Notes: generated by a model not told the origin, from the letters alone. A stretch of 64,000 nucleotides of DNA from an uncultured virus (IMG/VR IMGVR_UViG_3300032294_003095) (IMGVR_UViG_3300032294_003095), one strand, 5' to 3'. Numbered from the stretch's first letter, positions 19,555 to 29,021 are shown. Numbers and translations are program-made.

Positions 19555-20145
19555 TTATTTTTCTTTGTTTCCAAACATTCTTTGGTATGCTTTCGTAGCT
19601 GCTGATTTTTTAGTTTTAACTCTTTTACCTTTACCACCCTTACCAGATGAATAATCAGCATCCCAGTCTTTTTTGTACTCTTTTTTACCTCTATAGGTAT
19701 CAATTTCTTTTTTCATCTTACTAGGATTTTTAGTCAAATATTTACCAGGTATTTTTTTACCCTTGTATCTCTGAGCTTTAACTCTCTCTGATATTTCAAA
19801 TATATCATAGATATGTTTTTCTATAACATCTAATCCTTCTTCAACACTTGATAAGTGTGAATTATAAATTTCTTCTAGTTCATCACTATCACCAATTTCT
19901 CTAATGATTAAATGTGGTGAATCTAAGTCTAATTCCCAAGAAATTTGAGCTGTTGTATCTGTTGCAATTAAATTAACCTTTAAAATTCCTTGTAGATTCT
20001 CATTTTCTTGATTAGACTCTATATTATACTCGAAAGATATACCACTATACTCAGATACTAAATCTGACAACTCATCCATTTTAGCATTTACATATTCCAA
20101 ATCTATTGGTCCTACAAATTCCTCAAAGATTTTTAAATATTTCAT
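19555..20145 (-). CDS. CTS-like protein (MKYLKIFEEF), acidic N-domain and basic C-domain
   Basis: Start moved to 20145; late-type promoter at 20169-20177. Confidence 0.65.
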   Translation of the reverse strand: MKYLKIFEEFVGPIDLEYVNAKMDELSDLVSEYSGISFEYNIESNQENENLQGILKVNLIATDTTAQISWELDLDSPHLIIREIGDSDELEEIYNSHLSSVEEGLDVIEKHIYDIFEISERVKAQRYKGKKIPGKYLTKNPSKMKKEIDTYRGKKEYKKDWDADYSSGKGGKGKRVKTKKSAATKAYQRMFGNKEK

Positions 20146-20198
20146 GATAAACAAAGTAAATTTTAATGTATATATTAATAAGTAAAATTACATTTAGA

Positions 20199-20975
20199 AT
20201 GGCGAGTAAACTTAACATACAAATTAAACCTGATAAATTTTCTGACTTTTTAGATAAACTAACTGACTTAGCTAAAATAAGTGATACCATTAAACTAAAA
20301 ATTGATTCTGAAAACATATTGATGTATTCAATTGTCGGTGATACAATATTATTGGCATTTAAAAGCTATTTAGTCGATACTTCTGACTATCTTGAAATGA
20401 AAGATGAATTGGAAAATACCTTAGATATCATTATATCTGGTTCAAAAAGATTCGTTAAAAATTTAGGATTTATCAAGACATCTGAAAAAATTCAAATGAC
20501 TGTTGATTACAGAACAGATGATGATGATAATAGTGTGGCAAGATTTTTACAAATTAAAAATGGAAAACTAAAAATAGGACTTCAAGGTGGAGAACCATCT
20601 GAAATACGAGATATAGCTAAAGATGTTTTATCAAAAAGAGTTGATATTAAAAATAGTAAATGGTCATTTAAAATACTTAACTCTGAGTTTCAAGATATTA
20701 AGAAGCTTGCAACTATAAATTCTGACGGTAGAATATTACATCTAAATATAGATGATAAAAAAGTTATACTCTCAGAAACATCAACTTGGGAATTCCAAGT
20801 TGATGAAGTAGATATGTCGGATAGACATTTAATGTTTAATAAGACTTTCCTTCCGTCTATAAATGATACTGAGGATTTTATTAACTTTTTTGTATTTGAG
20901 ACATTTATTTTAACAAAAGATAGTAACAGCCATCTTATGATTTCTTTTGAGCAGGATTTTAGTGTAGATGATTAA
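20199..20975 (+). CDS. Putative sliding clamp (gp45/PCNA-like)
   Basis: About 258 aa, two-domain alpha/beta pattern, near the polymerase; start MASKLNIQIK. Confidence 0.55.
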   Translation: MASKLNIQIKPDKFSDFLDKLTDLAKISDTIKLKIDSENILMYSIVGDTILLAFKSYLVDTSDYLEMKDELENTLDIIISGSKRFVKNLGFIKTSEKIQMTVDYRTDDDDNSVARFLQIKNGKLKIGLQGGEPSEIRDIAKDVLSKRVDIKNSKWSFKILNSEFQDIKKLATINSDGRILHLNIDDKKVILSETSTWEFQVDEVDMSDRHLMFNKTFLPSINDTEDFINFFVFETFILTKDSNSHLMISFEQDFSVDD

Positions 20976-22095
20976 ACTCAGACTCAATTAATTTATTTTT
21001 TATACAATTTAAGTATCTTTTAGTTATACAAAGGTTTTCTATGCTTCCAATTACTTCCGGGTCAATATTATTATTAAATCCATAAAATACACTTATTCTA
21101 TGATCAATTGTAGGGTAAAATCTATGTGTGTGTGAATATAAAAAGTTGGATTTTATCATTTCGTTATCGTAGTGATCAAAACCATCCCAGTTTTCCATAA
21201 GCTTCTTTTTATTAGAATTTGTAATTCTTCTAACTTTCCTTTTATAAACCTCCCAATCATTCAGTTCATATTGTGAAATAATTTGATTATTTTGAATTTT
21301 AGTCTTGATTATTTTATCATACACTTCTTTTATCTGTGAGACATTTTCAACTCCATATTTTTCTAAACAGGTTTCTTTTTTCTTTGATTGTATTTCACTT
21401 ATTTTTGATAAATATTTTGATTTCCAGTCATTCGTTTTAGAAAAACTATCTACTCCATATTTTTTCAAAAATGTTTTTTTAATTTTTTCAATAATAATAT
21501 ACTTATCATTTTCAATAATATTTTTAAACTCTTCCGTTTTTGAGAACGAATCAACTCCCCAATTTTTAATCAAAGTTATTTTGGATTTTTCTTTAAATTC
21601 ATCAGAAGACATCCATTTCCTATTTGATTCTATGATGTCAGGTCTAAGTAATGGATTTGTCATACCATATTTTTCAAGGCAAGTATTTTTAGTTTTTTCT
21701 CTAAAGTCCTTTAACATATTTGGATTCTCAACACCATACTTTTCAAGGCAAGTCTTTTTATATTTATCCTTAAACTCTTTAGTTTCTGAATAGGATTTAA
21801 CACCATATAACTTGAGATTGGTAATTTCTTTCTTTTTATTTTTACATTTAAAACAAGAATAAAAACCACACCTATCATGATTTTGATAGTATTTATTAAT
21901 TGAAATCATTTTTTCTTGTTCACAAACACCACAAATTGCAGTTATCTTAACTCTTGAATGTCTAGCGACTTGATTAATTGGAACCTCTAACTTTTTTTTA
22001 TCACCAAATGATAATTCAATATCATATCCAAGCTCTTTATAATACTTGATATTTCTAGAATTTATATTCACAAAAACATTTTCTTCTTTTATCAT
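20959..22095 (-). CDS. Putative HNH-type homing endonuclease with KYGVEN repeats
   Basis: N-terminal CxxC..CxxC; about six (T/K)xLxKYGVxx repeats; C-terminal PTIDHRIS...ENL.I....N..K; TTATATATA upstream. Confidence 0.7.
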   Translation of the reverse strand: MIKEENVFVNINSRNIKYYKELGYDIELSFGDKKKLEVPINQVARHSRVKITAICGVCEQEKMISINKYYQNHDRCGFYSCFKCKNKKKEITNLKLYGVKSYSETKEFKDKYKKTCLEKYGVENPNMLKDFREKTKNTCLEKYGMTNPLLRPDIIESNRKWMSSDEFKEKSKITLIKNWGVDSFSKTEEFKNIIENDKYIIIEKIKKTFLKKYGVDSFSKTNDWKSKYLSKISEIQSKKKETCLEKYGVENVSQIKEVYDKIIKTKIQNNQIISQYELNDWEVYKRKVRRITNSNKKKLMENWDGFDHYDNEMIKSNFLYSHTHRFYPTIDHRISVFYGFNNNIDPEVIGSIENLCITKRYLNCIKNKLIESEFNHLH

Positions 22096-22170
22096 ATAAA
22101 ACTAAATCTTTTATTCTATATATAAAAGTCAATAAGTCCCTTTCAGGACTAATTTAAAAAAATAATAAAA

Positions 22171-23634
22171 ATGACCAAGGAAGATAAATTAAAAAAAATT
22201 GAGTCACTAAAACATAAAGCCAACCAACTGAAGAGAGAAGCTGATTACTACAACGCTCTTCAGTTGGCTTAATTGCCCCTCTGTTTTTAACAGAGGGGTA
22301 CAAAAGCTTTAAAATTGATTCTGAATGGATCTTATGGTGCATTTGCAACACAGTATTTTATACTGTTTAACCAACACGTTGCTGGAACAATAACTGCACA
22401 AGGTAGAGATCTTACAAAGACCATGAATGCTGTAAATGAGAAGTATTGGTACGAACAATGGCATTTAGACTATGAGCTACACTCAAGACTAGGTATTAAG
22501 AATGTAACTCCAATATCAAAAAAAGATGGAGAAGAGGTATCAATATATGCTGATACAGACTCTCTTTTTGTTTCTTTTGAACCCGCTATTCAACATTGCG
22601 ACTGGAAAAATTTAGTTTTGAATCAAATCGATTCTATATCTAAAAGTTTTGTTTTCTTAGAAAAGCGTCAAGAAACTAAAATATCAAACTCAAACTGCAT
22701 GGGACATTTTAGAAGTGTGGACGATTTAAAGGAGTTTTTAACTGATAATAAACCAGAACTAATTATTGTGGATGGATATTTTACAAAGGATAGATCCTTC
22801 ACATCAAAGGATGTTCAAGATTTAATTAAAGATATTGAAATTCAGTGGAACTGGGATAATGAATTGGATTTAATACATGGTATGGATGCATTCCGATACG
22901 GTGGATACTTTAAAAAGTGTTTAGAAGAATATGCTGGTAGTTACGGTGTTAAAAATCGAGAGGATTTTGAGTTAGAGAGAGTATCTGAATCAATTATTAA
23001 TCTTGCTAAGAAGAAATATATTCAGCATATAGTATATGAGGATGGAATTCCTTATGATAGATTAACTTATATCTTCCCTAAAGGAGTTGAACTTGTTAGA
23101 TCGTCTACTCCGGCTTTTGCTCGTGAGAAGATTGTTGAGATTGTTAAGTATCTTTTTGCACATCCAGATGATTTTAACATAAAAGATTTGTTAAAATTGG
23201 TAAAGAATTTACGAAAAGAGTTTGAATTGGCTGATATTGATGATATCTCAATGCAATCTTCTTGTTCAAACTATGAAAATAAAGTTTTAGAAGATAAAAC
23301 AAAACTAGAGTTTGTGAGTGGAGCACACTTTGCTGTTAAGTCAGCAGCTTACTACAATTATCTATTGAATCAAAATAAGTCATTACAGTCTAAGTACGAG
23401 AATATAAAGTCAGGAACTAAAATTAAATACTACTATTGTAAGAATAAAAAGATGAATGATATGTTCGCTTTTATCAGAGGTTCTTATCCAATAGAATTTG
23501 CACCAGAAATTGATTACGATGAGCAATTTATGAAATCAATTTTATCACCAATCAATTCAATTATAGAACCATTAGGAATGCCAGAGATAACAAAGAGATT
23601 ATCAGTTGTCTTAGATATTTTTGGAGGATTCTAA
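22171..23634 (+). CDS. Family B DNA polymerase, C-terminal subunit (gp43B-like), interrupted by an in-frame 39-nt insert (22270-22308)
   Basis: 22171-22269 encodes MTKEDKLKKIESLKHKANQLKREADYYNALQLA and 22309 onward LKLILNGSYGAFA. Joined they give motif B (QLALKLILNGSYG). Also ITAQGR, motif C YADTDS, AKKKY and KGVE.VRSSTP. No exonuclease or motif A. Confidence 0.88.
22224..22308 (+). other. Candidate programmed translational bypass (hop) element
   Basis: Take-off GCT 22267-69, TAA 22270-72, hairpin CCCCTCTGTT/AACAGAGGGG 22276-22298, landing GCT 22306-08; 5' stem CCAACTGAAGAG (22224-35)/CTCTTCAGTTGG (22256-67). Confidence 0.7.
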
Positions 23635-23650
23635 TATCAATATATAACTC

Positions 23651-23878
23651 ATGTTCAAAAAGCATGAGTTATATCATTTTTATGAAATCTATATTGATAA
23701 TAAAAATATATCAAATGGAGCTAAAAGATTAATGAAAATATCAGAGTCATCATTTAACGATTTTAAATTTCAATATGAAAAAGACTCAGACTTCAAACAA
23801 AGAATAGATGAGATTGTAAAAAGTGAAGTAAGAGATAATAAAATAGATGATTTATTAGATGATGAATTTTTTGGATGA
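23651..23878 (+). CDS. Hypothetical protein with C-terminal RDNKIDDLL tag
   Basis: ORF with CAATATATA upstream. Confidence 0.6.
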   Translation: MFKKHELYHFYEIYIDNKNISNGAKRLMKISESSFNDFKFQYEKDSDFKQRIDEIVKSEVRDNKIDDLLDDEFFG

Positions 23879-24206
23879 GATGTATATACAAAAATTAAGC
23901 GTTAGATTTTGGTCAGGCTTTGATATAGAACAGATTTTAAATCACCCAAAAGACGGTAGTGGTGGATTTATGATAGTCCTGGTAGAATCCATCGAATCAG
24001 AGAGACTCAAATTTCAAAGAGAATATATGATAAATCGAATTATTGGTGATAGAAATATCATAGATTTTGATAATTTACTTGATAATGTGAATAATAGTTT
24101 CTTAGCAATTTATCAATCAATAGGTGATGATGAATTATTAGTCAAAATTTTAAAAGAAAAATTTACCAAAACCCTTGATTGGAGACCAATTCAAGGTATT
24201 GCGTAA
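23859..24206 (+). CDS. Hypothetical protein
   Basis: ORF overlapping the upstream gene. Confidence 0.55.
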   Translation: MMNFLDEMYIQKLSVRFWSGFDIEQILNHPKDGSGGFMIVLVESIESERLKFQREYMINRIIGDRNIIDFDNLLDNVNNSFLAIYQSIGDDELLVKILKEKFTKTLDWRPIQGIA

Positions 24207-24236
24207 TATGTGTGTAAAATATTATATATATAATGT

Positions 24237-24737
24237 ATGAAACATTTAATGAGATATGAAAACTACACATCCACTGAGAGGATGGATGATATTTTAGATA
24301 AAATATCTAAGTATGGTATTGACTCATTAAGTGATTTAGAAAAAGAATTCTTAGATTCACATAAAACTGGTAAAGAACAGGAGCTACATGATAAATTAGC
24401 GAAGTCTGAAGTAGAAACAACCTTTGAAGATGATCTTGGAAAATTCACATTTGAATTATCCGAGGTTCAAAAGATAAAGAGCAAAAGCGGAGAATTAGAA
24501 GAGATTGAAATAATTGGAACACTATACGTTCCAGACTTAGAGTGGCCAAATGGTAAAAGAATTGAGGGCAGACTAGAAGGTAAGATAATTAAATACTCGA
24601 ATGGTACAACATCATTAGAATTTGAAAAAGATGGATATGATGTATTTGAGTTTTGTAACGGTCTTGAATATGAGTTAGACACATTTATTGATTATGTAGT
24701 ATCAGAAATAGATGAAAAATTCAAATACGAAGATTAA
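24237..24737 (+). CDS. CTS-like protein (MKHLMRYENY) with DUF6576-like motif
   Basis: MDDILDKISKYGIDSLSDLEKEFL. Confidence 0.65.
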   Translation: MKHLMRYENYTSTERMDDILDKISKYGIDSLSDLEKEFLDSHKTGKEQELHDKLAKSEVETTFEDDLGKFTFELSEVQKIKSKSGELEEIEIIGTLYVPDLEWPNGKRIEGRLEGKIIKYSNGTTSLEFEKDGYDVFEFCNGLEYELDTFIDYVVSEIDEKFKYED

Positions 24738-24763
24738 TATATAATAAAAAATATCATAATAGT

Positions 24764-25162
24764 ATGAAATTAAAGAAATATAACGAATATGTTAAAGAAG
24801 AATTGACACCAATGGCTGGTGAGTTAGAGGAAACTGACTTAGAAATGCCTGAGGTTTCTGATATTGATTCAGAATTAGACACTGAATTAAATTCAGAAGA
24901 ACCATCTGAGATGGATGTGGTTTCAACTGAAGAAGAGGAAGAGGGAAATGACGCAAGTGCATGGAAAGGAGATCAATTATTACAACAATTTGCTGAGATA
25001 ATGGGAGCAGAAGTTGTAGATAACCAAGTAAGCATAGATGGTAATGTTGTAACATTTGCACCTGAAACAGAGACTTTCTTAATTAATAGAAAAAACACTA
25101 AAGTTAGCGATCCACACGAATTAGTTCATAAAGAATTCAAAGGTCACAACCATAAACATTAA
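24764..25162 (+). CDS. Acidic CTS-like protein (MKLKKYNEYVKEE)
   Basis: ORF; promoter at 24735-24743. Confidence 0.65.
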   Translation: MKLKKYNEYVKEELTPMAGELEETDLEMPEVSDIDSELDTELNSEEPSEMDVVSTEEEEEGNDASAWKGDQLLQQFAEIMGAEVVDNQVSIDGNVVTFAPETETFLINRKNTKVSDPHELVHKEFKGHNHKH

Positions 25163-25198
25163 AAAATAAACCTCAAATTTAAATTTGAGGTTTATTTT
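25163..25198. terminator. Perfect 36-bp palindrome / terminator
   Basis: AAAATAAACCTCAAATTT|AAATTTGAGGTTTATTTT. Confidence 0.75.
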
Positions 25199-25327
25199 CG
25201 CTTAAATTTTCCCCAACCCCTTAATTTGCAAGGTTTTTGGGGAATTGTATTTTGTCTTATATTATAACTTCATATATAATTCATAAGGGTTTGATAATCA
25301 ATACCTTACAAAAATAAAAAATTAAAT

Positions 25328-27289
25328 ATGAAGAAATTTAAGTGCTTATTAAATCGTTTTTTTACATCGATTTTGTTTGTTTGCCTTGGAATTTCATCCT
25401 TTGCTCAGTATGCGGGTAGTGTAGATACTACTTTTGCTCCTAACAATAATGGAGTTCCATTTTCGACATCTGGACATTATCGTTCAATGGGTGTTGAAGT
25501 TATTGGTAATTCAGTTTATTACGCATTACAGTGTGAACCTGGATATCCAAAAATAAGAAAATATGACTTTCAAGGAAATGAGGACCTTGATTGGTATAAT
25601 AATCAAATGTCAACTTGGAATACACAGTTTGCAACAACTTTTTTGGAAACAGAAAAGGATATTAATGGTAATTATACAGGTGAATTTTTTATTTCAGGAA
25701 GAAATAGTTATAATTCCATGGTTAATCAAGGAGTTAGATTTTTAAATAAAATAAATGCGGATGGAACCAGAGATTTAAATTTTGTCTGTCCATATACAAG
25801 TTGGATATCTGTTTGTACCTCTATTTACCACGATTGGGAAAATGGTATATTATATTACTCTTATAGAAATGGGTATGGAACTGTAGTTTTGGTAAGTTGT
25901 GATCCAAATACTGGACAGGTTTTACAAACATTAACATTACCAGGTGTTAATAATAACTACAGTATAAATAAAATTACTAAAATTGAAGGTGTTGATGGTA
26001 TCATAGTTGCAGGATTATTTGATTTTGATTATAACAATAATCACTATACTAGTCTATTTAAAATAGATAGTCAATTTAATATTTTACCAATTAATGGTGT
26101 GACGAATGTTTCTAACAACTTTGCAGTATACGATATTATATCTGTTAATGACTCAGAATGTGATGGAACATTAACTGGATCAACAAAGATTTACATAGCG
26201 GGATCTATATCCGAGGTATCGGGAAATACCGGATTTAAAAATATCGCAAGATTTAACCTACTAAATGATTTTTGGCAAATTGATCAAAACTATAAACCGG
26301 GTTGTGCAGGTGGTGTTTATGATATATGTTATTATAATTGTCATCTAGTGGTAACAGGAAATTTTTCCAGTTCAACATCAAGTGGAAGTAACTCACCATT
26401 CTGGTCTCCTAAGGTGACAGCATTTACAAGTGATGGAATTGTTAGTGATGAATTTAAAATGACCACTACTGGATCTGGATTAGGTGGCGTTTATGTTTCA
26501 GGATTTGAAAATAGTTTCGGTCAAGGAACTGGAAGATGTTTAGCAGTAAATCCTACAAATGATGGTAATGGAAGATGGGAGATATTTATAGGAGGCACTT
26601 TTGTTAATTTAATACAAGGACCACCTCAACCAAGAAGTGTTATTAAACATATGAACTTTATGGCTAAATTATATGGATTTGAAAGTAATATAGATACTGG
26701 ATTCACATACTGTTTGGATGAAAATGGTTCTAATAATTATACTATATCAACATTCGATATATCAAATACAACAGGATGTGAAAAGTGGGAGGTATATAAA
26801 TCAGATGGTGAACCATTTAACTGGACCTTAATTAGAACAGAAAATACACATGATTTTACTGACACAACATTGACTACAAATGTTTGGTATAGGATTGTAA
26901 GAACAGTTACCGAGTGTGGTAATTCTTGCTCATCAGGATATATCATATATAAGGAGTCAAATAACTGTCAAATATCAAATAATGGTACTGAACTAAGAGA
27001 GCTGGTTATGAGTTCAGTAGATTATGAGGAGATAAAACAAATTGAAAGTGAAATTTCTAAATTAGATGTTTTTCCTAATCCAACAAATGGTGTTTTAACG
27101 ATTAAGGATGACTTTAAAGATGAATTTAGAAGTGTTTCTCTCTACAATTCATTAGGATCGAAGATAGTGTCTAAAAACTATAATTCAAATAATTATAGAC
27201 TAGATATAACAGACCTACCAAGTGGTGTATATATGTTGGTAATAACAACTGATACTGGAGTTCAAAAACAACAGATAATAAAAGAATAA
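25328..27289 (+). CDS. Secreted beta-rich protein with T9SS type A C-terminal sorting domain
   Basis: Signal peptide ending SFA-Q; delta-60-like motifs (GSVDTTF, NADGTRDLNF); CTD VFPNPT...YNSLG...LPSGVY...IIKE. Confidence 0.85.
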   Translation: MKKFKCLLNRFFTSILFVCLGISSFAQYAGSVDTTFAPNNNGVPFSTSGHYRSMGVEVIGNSVYYALQCEPGYPKIRKYDFQGNEDLDWYNNQMSTWNTQFATTFLETEKDINGNYTGEFFISGRNSYNSMVNQGVRFLNKINADGTRDLNFVCPYTSWISVCTSIYHDWENGILYYSYRNGYGTVVLVSCDPNTGQVLQTLTLPGVNNNYSINKITKIEGVDGIIVAGLFDFDYNNNHYTSLFKIDSQFNILPINGVTNVSNNFAVYDIISVNDSECDGTLTGSTKIYIAGSISEVSGNTGFKNIARFNLLNDFWQIDQNYKPGCAGGVYDICYYNCHLVVTGNFSSSTSSGSNSPFWSPKVTAFTSDGIVSDEFKMTTTGSGLGGVYVSGFENSFGQGTGRCLAVNPTNDGNGRWEIFIGGTFVNLIQGPPQPRSVIKHMNFMAKLYGFESNIDTGFTYCLDENGSNNYTISTFDISNTTGCEKWEVYKSDGEPFNWTLIRTENTHDFTDTTLTTNVWYRIVRTVTECGNSCSSGYIIYKESNNCQISNNGTELRELVMSSVDYEEIKQIESEISKLDVFPNPTNGVLTIKDDFKDEFRSVSLYNSLGSKIVSKNYNSNNYRLDITDLPSGVYMLVITTDTGVQKQQIIKE

Positions 27290-27294
27290 TAGTT

Positions 27295-27328
27295 ATGAAA
27301 TACCCCCATTTTTGGGGGTATTTCATTT
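27295..27328 (+). terminator. Intrinsic terminator
   Basis: ATGAAATACCCCCA...TGGGGGTATTTCAT hairpin. Confidence 0.75.
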
Positions 27329-27366
27329 CTAATATATAAGTCTGAGAAGAAGATAACTTTTATAAT

Positions 27367-27840
27367 ATGAATATAATTGAAGTTATCAAATTTATTAGAA
27401 AGTCAAAAGACCAACATTTTATATCAGTCGATAAAGAGATTTGGAATAGATGGAGTTTACTAATTAAAATTGCTGTTTGGTCAAACAAGAACTATGTACC
27501 GTGTGTAATTTACAGAAAGAAATATAAATTTTTGGAAAATATTGTTGTAGTTGGTTTAAAGTGGAACGGTAAAAATGTTAAAAGAAGAACATCTGGATTT
27601 GCGAAAGAATTTTTAAAAGAGAATAGAAATGCAAAGTGTATTTACTGTGAGAAGAAATTAAATCCAGAGATAGCCACTACCGATCATATTATACCAATAT
27701 CAGAGGGTGGAAATAATACACAAGTTAATTTAATGGTTTGTTGTTTTGACTGTAATAATGAAAGAGGAAATATGAAATTCATTGAGTATCTTAAAAAGAA
27801 AAATCCAAGATATAAATGGGTTAAAAGACCTTTTATTTAA
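27367..27840 (+). CDS. HNH endonuclease
   Basis: CIYC...TTDHIIPISEGG...NL..CC..CN..RG. Confidence 0.85.
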   Translation: MNIIEVIKFIRKSKDQHFISVDKEIWNRWSLLIKIAVWSNKNYVPCVIYRKKYKFLENIVVVGLKWNGKNVKRRTSGFAKEFLKENRNAKCIYCEKKLNPEIATTDHIIPISEGGNNTQVNLMVCCFDCNNERGNMKFIEYLKKKNPRYKWVKRPFI

Positions 27841-29021
27841 AAGTCATGATTCTTAAATGCTCTTAAATAGTCTTTCTCTACTGTAATCTTCTTTTTAGAC
27901 TTCTTAGGTAAGTATTTTAAGTCATATAAATCCTCTGAAAAGAAATTATTTAGTCCAAACTTTTTATAAGAGTCAGGTACCAACTCATTTAGTTTATTTA
28001 AGTCTTTAACTTTAGATATTCGATATAATAATTTATGTGGATCATCAGATTTTTTCTTTGATACTATATCTTCAAATAGTTTTTTCCAAAGAAATATCTT
28101 ACCACCTTCGAGTAATTTCTCTTCCGATTTATTATATCCTGCAATGTCATTATCAAAGAAGTATTGTAAATCTAAATTATTATTCTCTAAGAATTTCAAA
28201 TCAGTATTAACACCAACAATACCAACAGAGTTTGGGTAGAATAATGAATCTAAGAAACCCTCAAATATTGTTATAGTATTTTCAAAATTAACATTTAAGA
28301 TATTAAAGAAGTATGACAACTTGTTGTAGATAACAGACTTTTGTATATCTATTTCAGCATCATCACCATTAAACCACTTATAAATAGACTCCCAGTTATA
28401 GATAACAAAGAACCTTCTACGTCCTTCTTTAAGATTTCTAACCTGTAGTCCTAAAACCTTATCACCTCTTCTATTTAAGAATATAATAACGTGTTCAAAT
28501 CCTTCGTCACCTTTTGAGTACTTAGCTTGATAAATATCCTTATGTAAGTTTTTTGGAATTCCTCGACCTATTAAATATTTAAAAACTCCACTTTTTTCAT
28601 CAATTGGTTTGAAGTCAAATATTGGTGTAGTGTCTTTTACATTAAATAATTCTTCTAAATCTTTAATATCAAAAAGATCATCTACTTTGAAATCATTAAA
28701 GTCAGTATCATAATCAGAATAGTCAACAACAGAGTCAAGATACTCTATGATTTCAAGCTTCTTTTGAGGATCAATAACTTCATTAAAGTCTTTAGCAAAT
28801 CTATCAAATGAAGTCTTTTTATCACAGTTAAAACAGATATAAAACAGTTTATTAAAGTATAAGTTGCCTCTCTTTTTATGAACACTTTTAGATGAGTCTC
28901 CACAATACGGACAGGCCATGTTCAATCTATCAGCATACTCATCAATTCTTCTCTTCTGCTGATTTGAGAACTCTTTGTTTAAGATATTTTGAATTAGACC
29001 TCTAATATAAACTTTGTCCAT
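27837..29021 (-). CDS. DNA primase (T4 gp61-like)
   Basis: CPYCGDS..KKRG..CFNC Zn ribbon; YL..RG; TOPRIM FEGFLD..FDND.AG; KDLN. Confidence 0.88.
   Translation of the reverse strand: MDKVYIRGLIQNILNKEFSNQQKRRIDEYADRLNMACPYCGDSSKSVHKKRGNLYFNKLFYICFNCDKKTSFDRFAKDFNEVIDPQKKLEIIEYLDSVVDYSDYDTDFNDFKVDDLFDIKDLEELFNVKDTTPIFDFKPIDEKSGVFKYLIGRGIPKNLHKDIYQAKYSKGDEGFEHVIIFLNRRGDKVLGLQVRNLKEGRRRFFVIYNWESIYKWFNGDDAEIDIQKSVIYNKLSYFFNILNVNFENTITIFEGFLDSLFYPNSVGIVGVNTDLKFLENNNLDLQYFFDNDIAGYNKSEEKLLEGGKIFLWKKLFEDIVSKKKSDDPHKLLYRISKVKDLNKLNELVPDSYKKFGLNNFFSEDLYDLKYLPKKSKKKITVEKDYLRAFKNHDF

Noticed and set aside
22270..22308. Group I/II intron, stop-codon reassignment or simple readthrough as the explanation of the insert
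   Set aside because: 39 nt is too short for a ribozyme and no register gives both a 5'-exon U and a terminal G. TAA is the main stop genome-wide. Readthrough of two stops would add 13 aa inside the motif-B helix. Protein-assisted splicing is not formally excluded.
22154..22351. Antisense 65-aa ORF across the insert
   Set aside because: Shadow of the polymerase start; no recognisable features.
22315..23634. ORF-track start of the polymerase at TTG 22315
   Set aside because: It would omit the motif-B Lys and Gln; an in-frame upstream segment from ATG 22171 supplies the missing helix.
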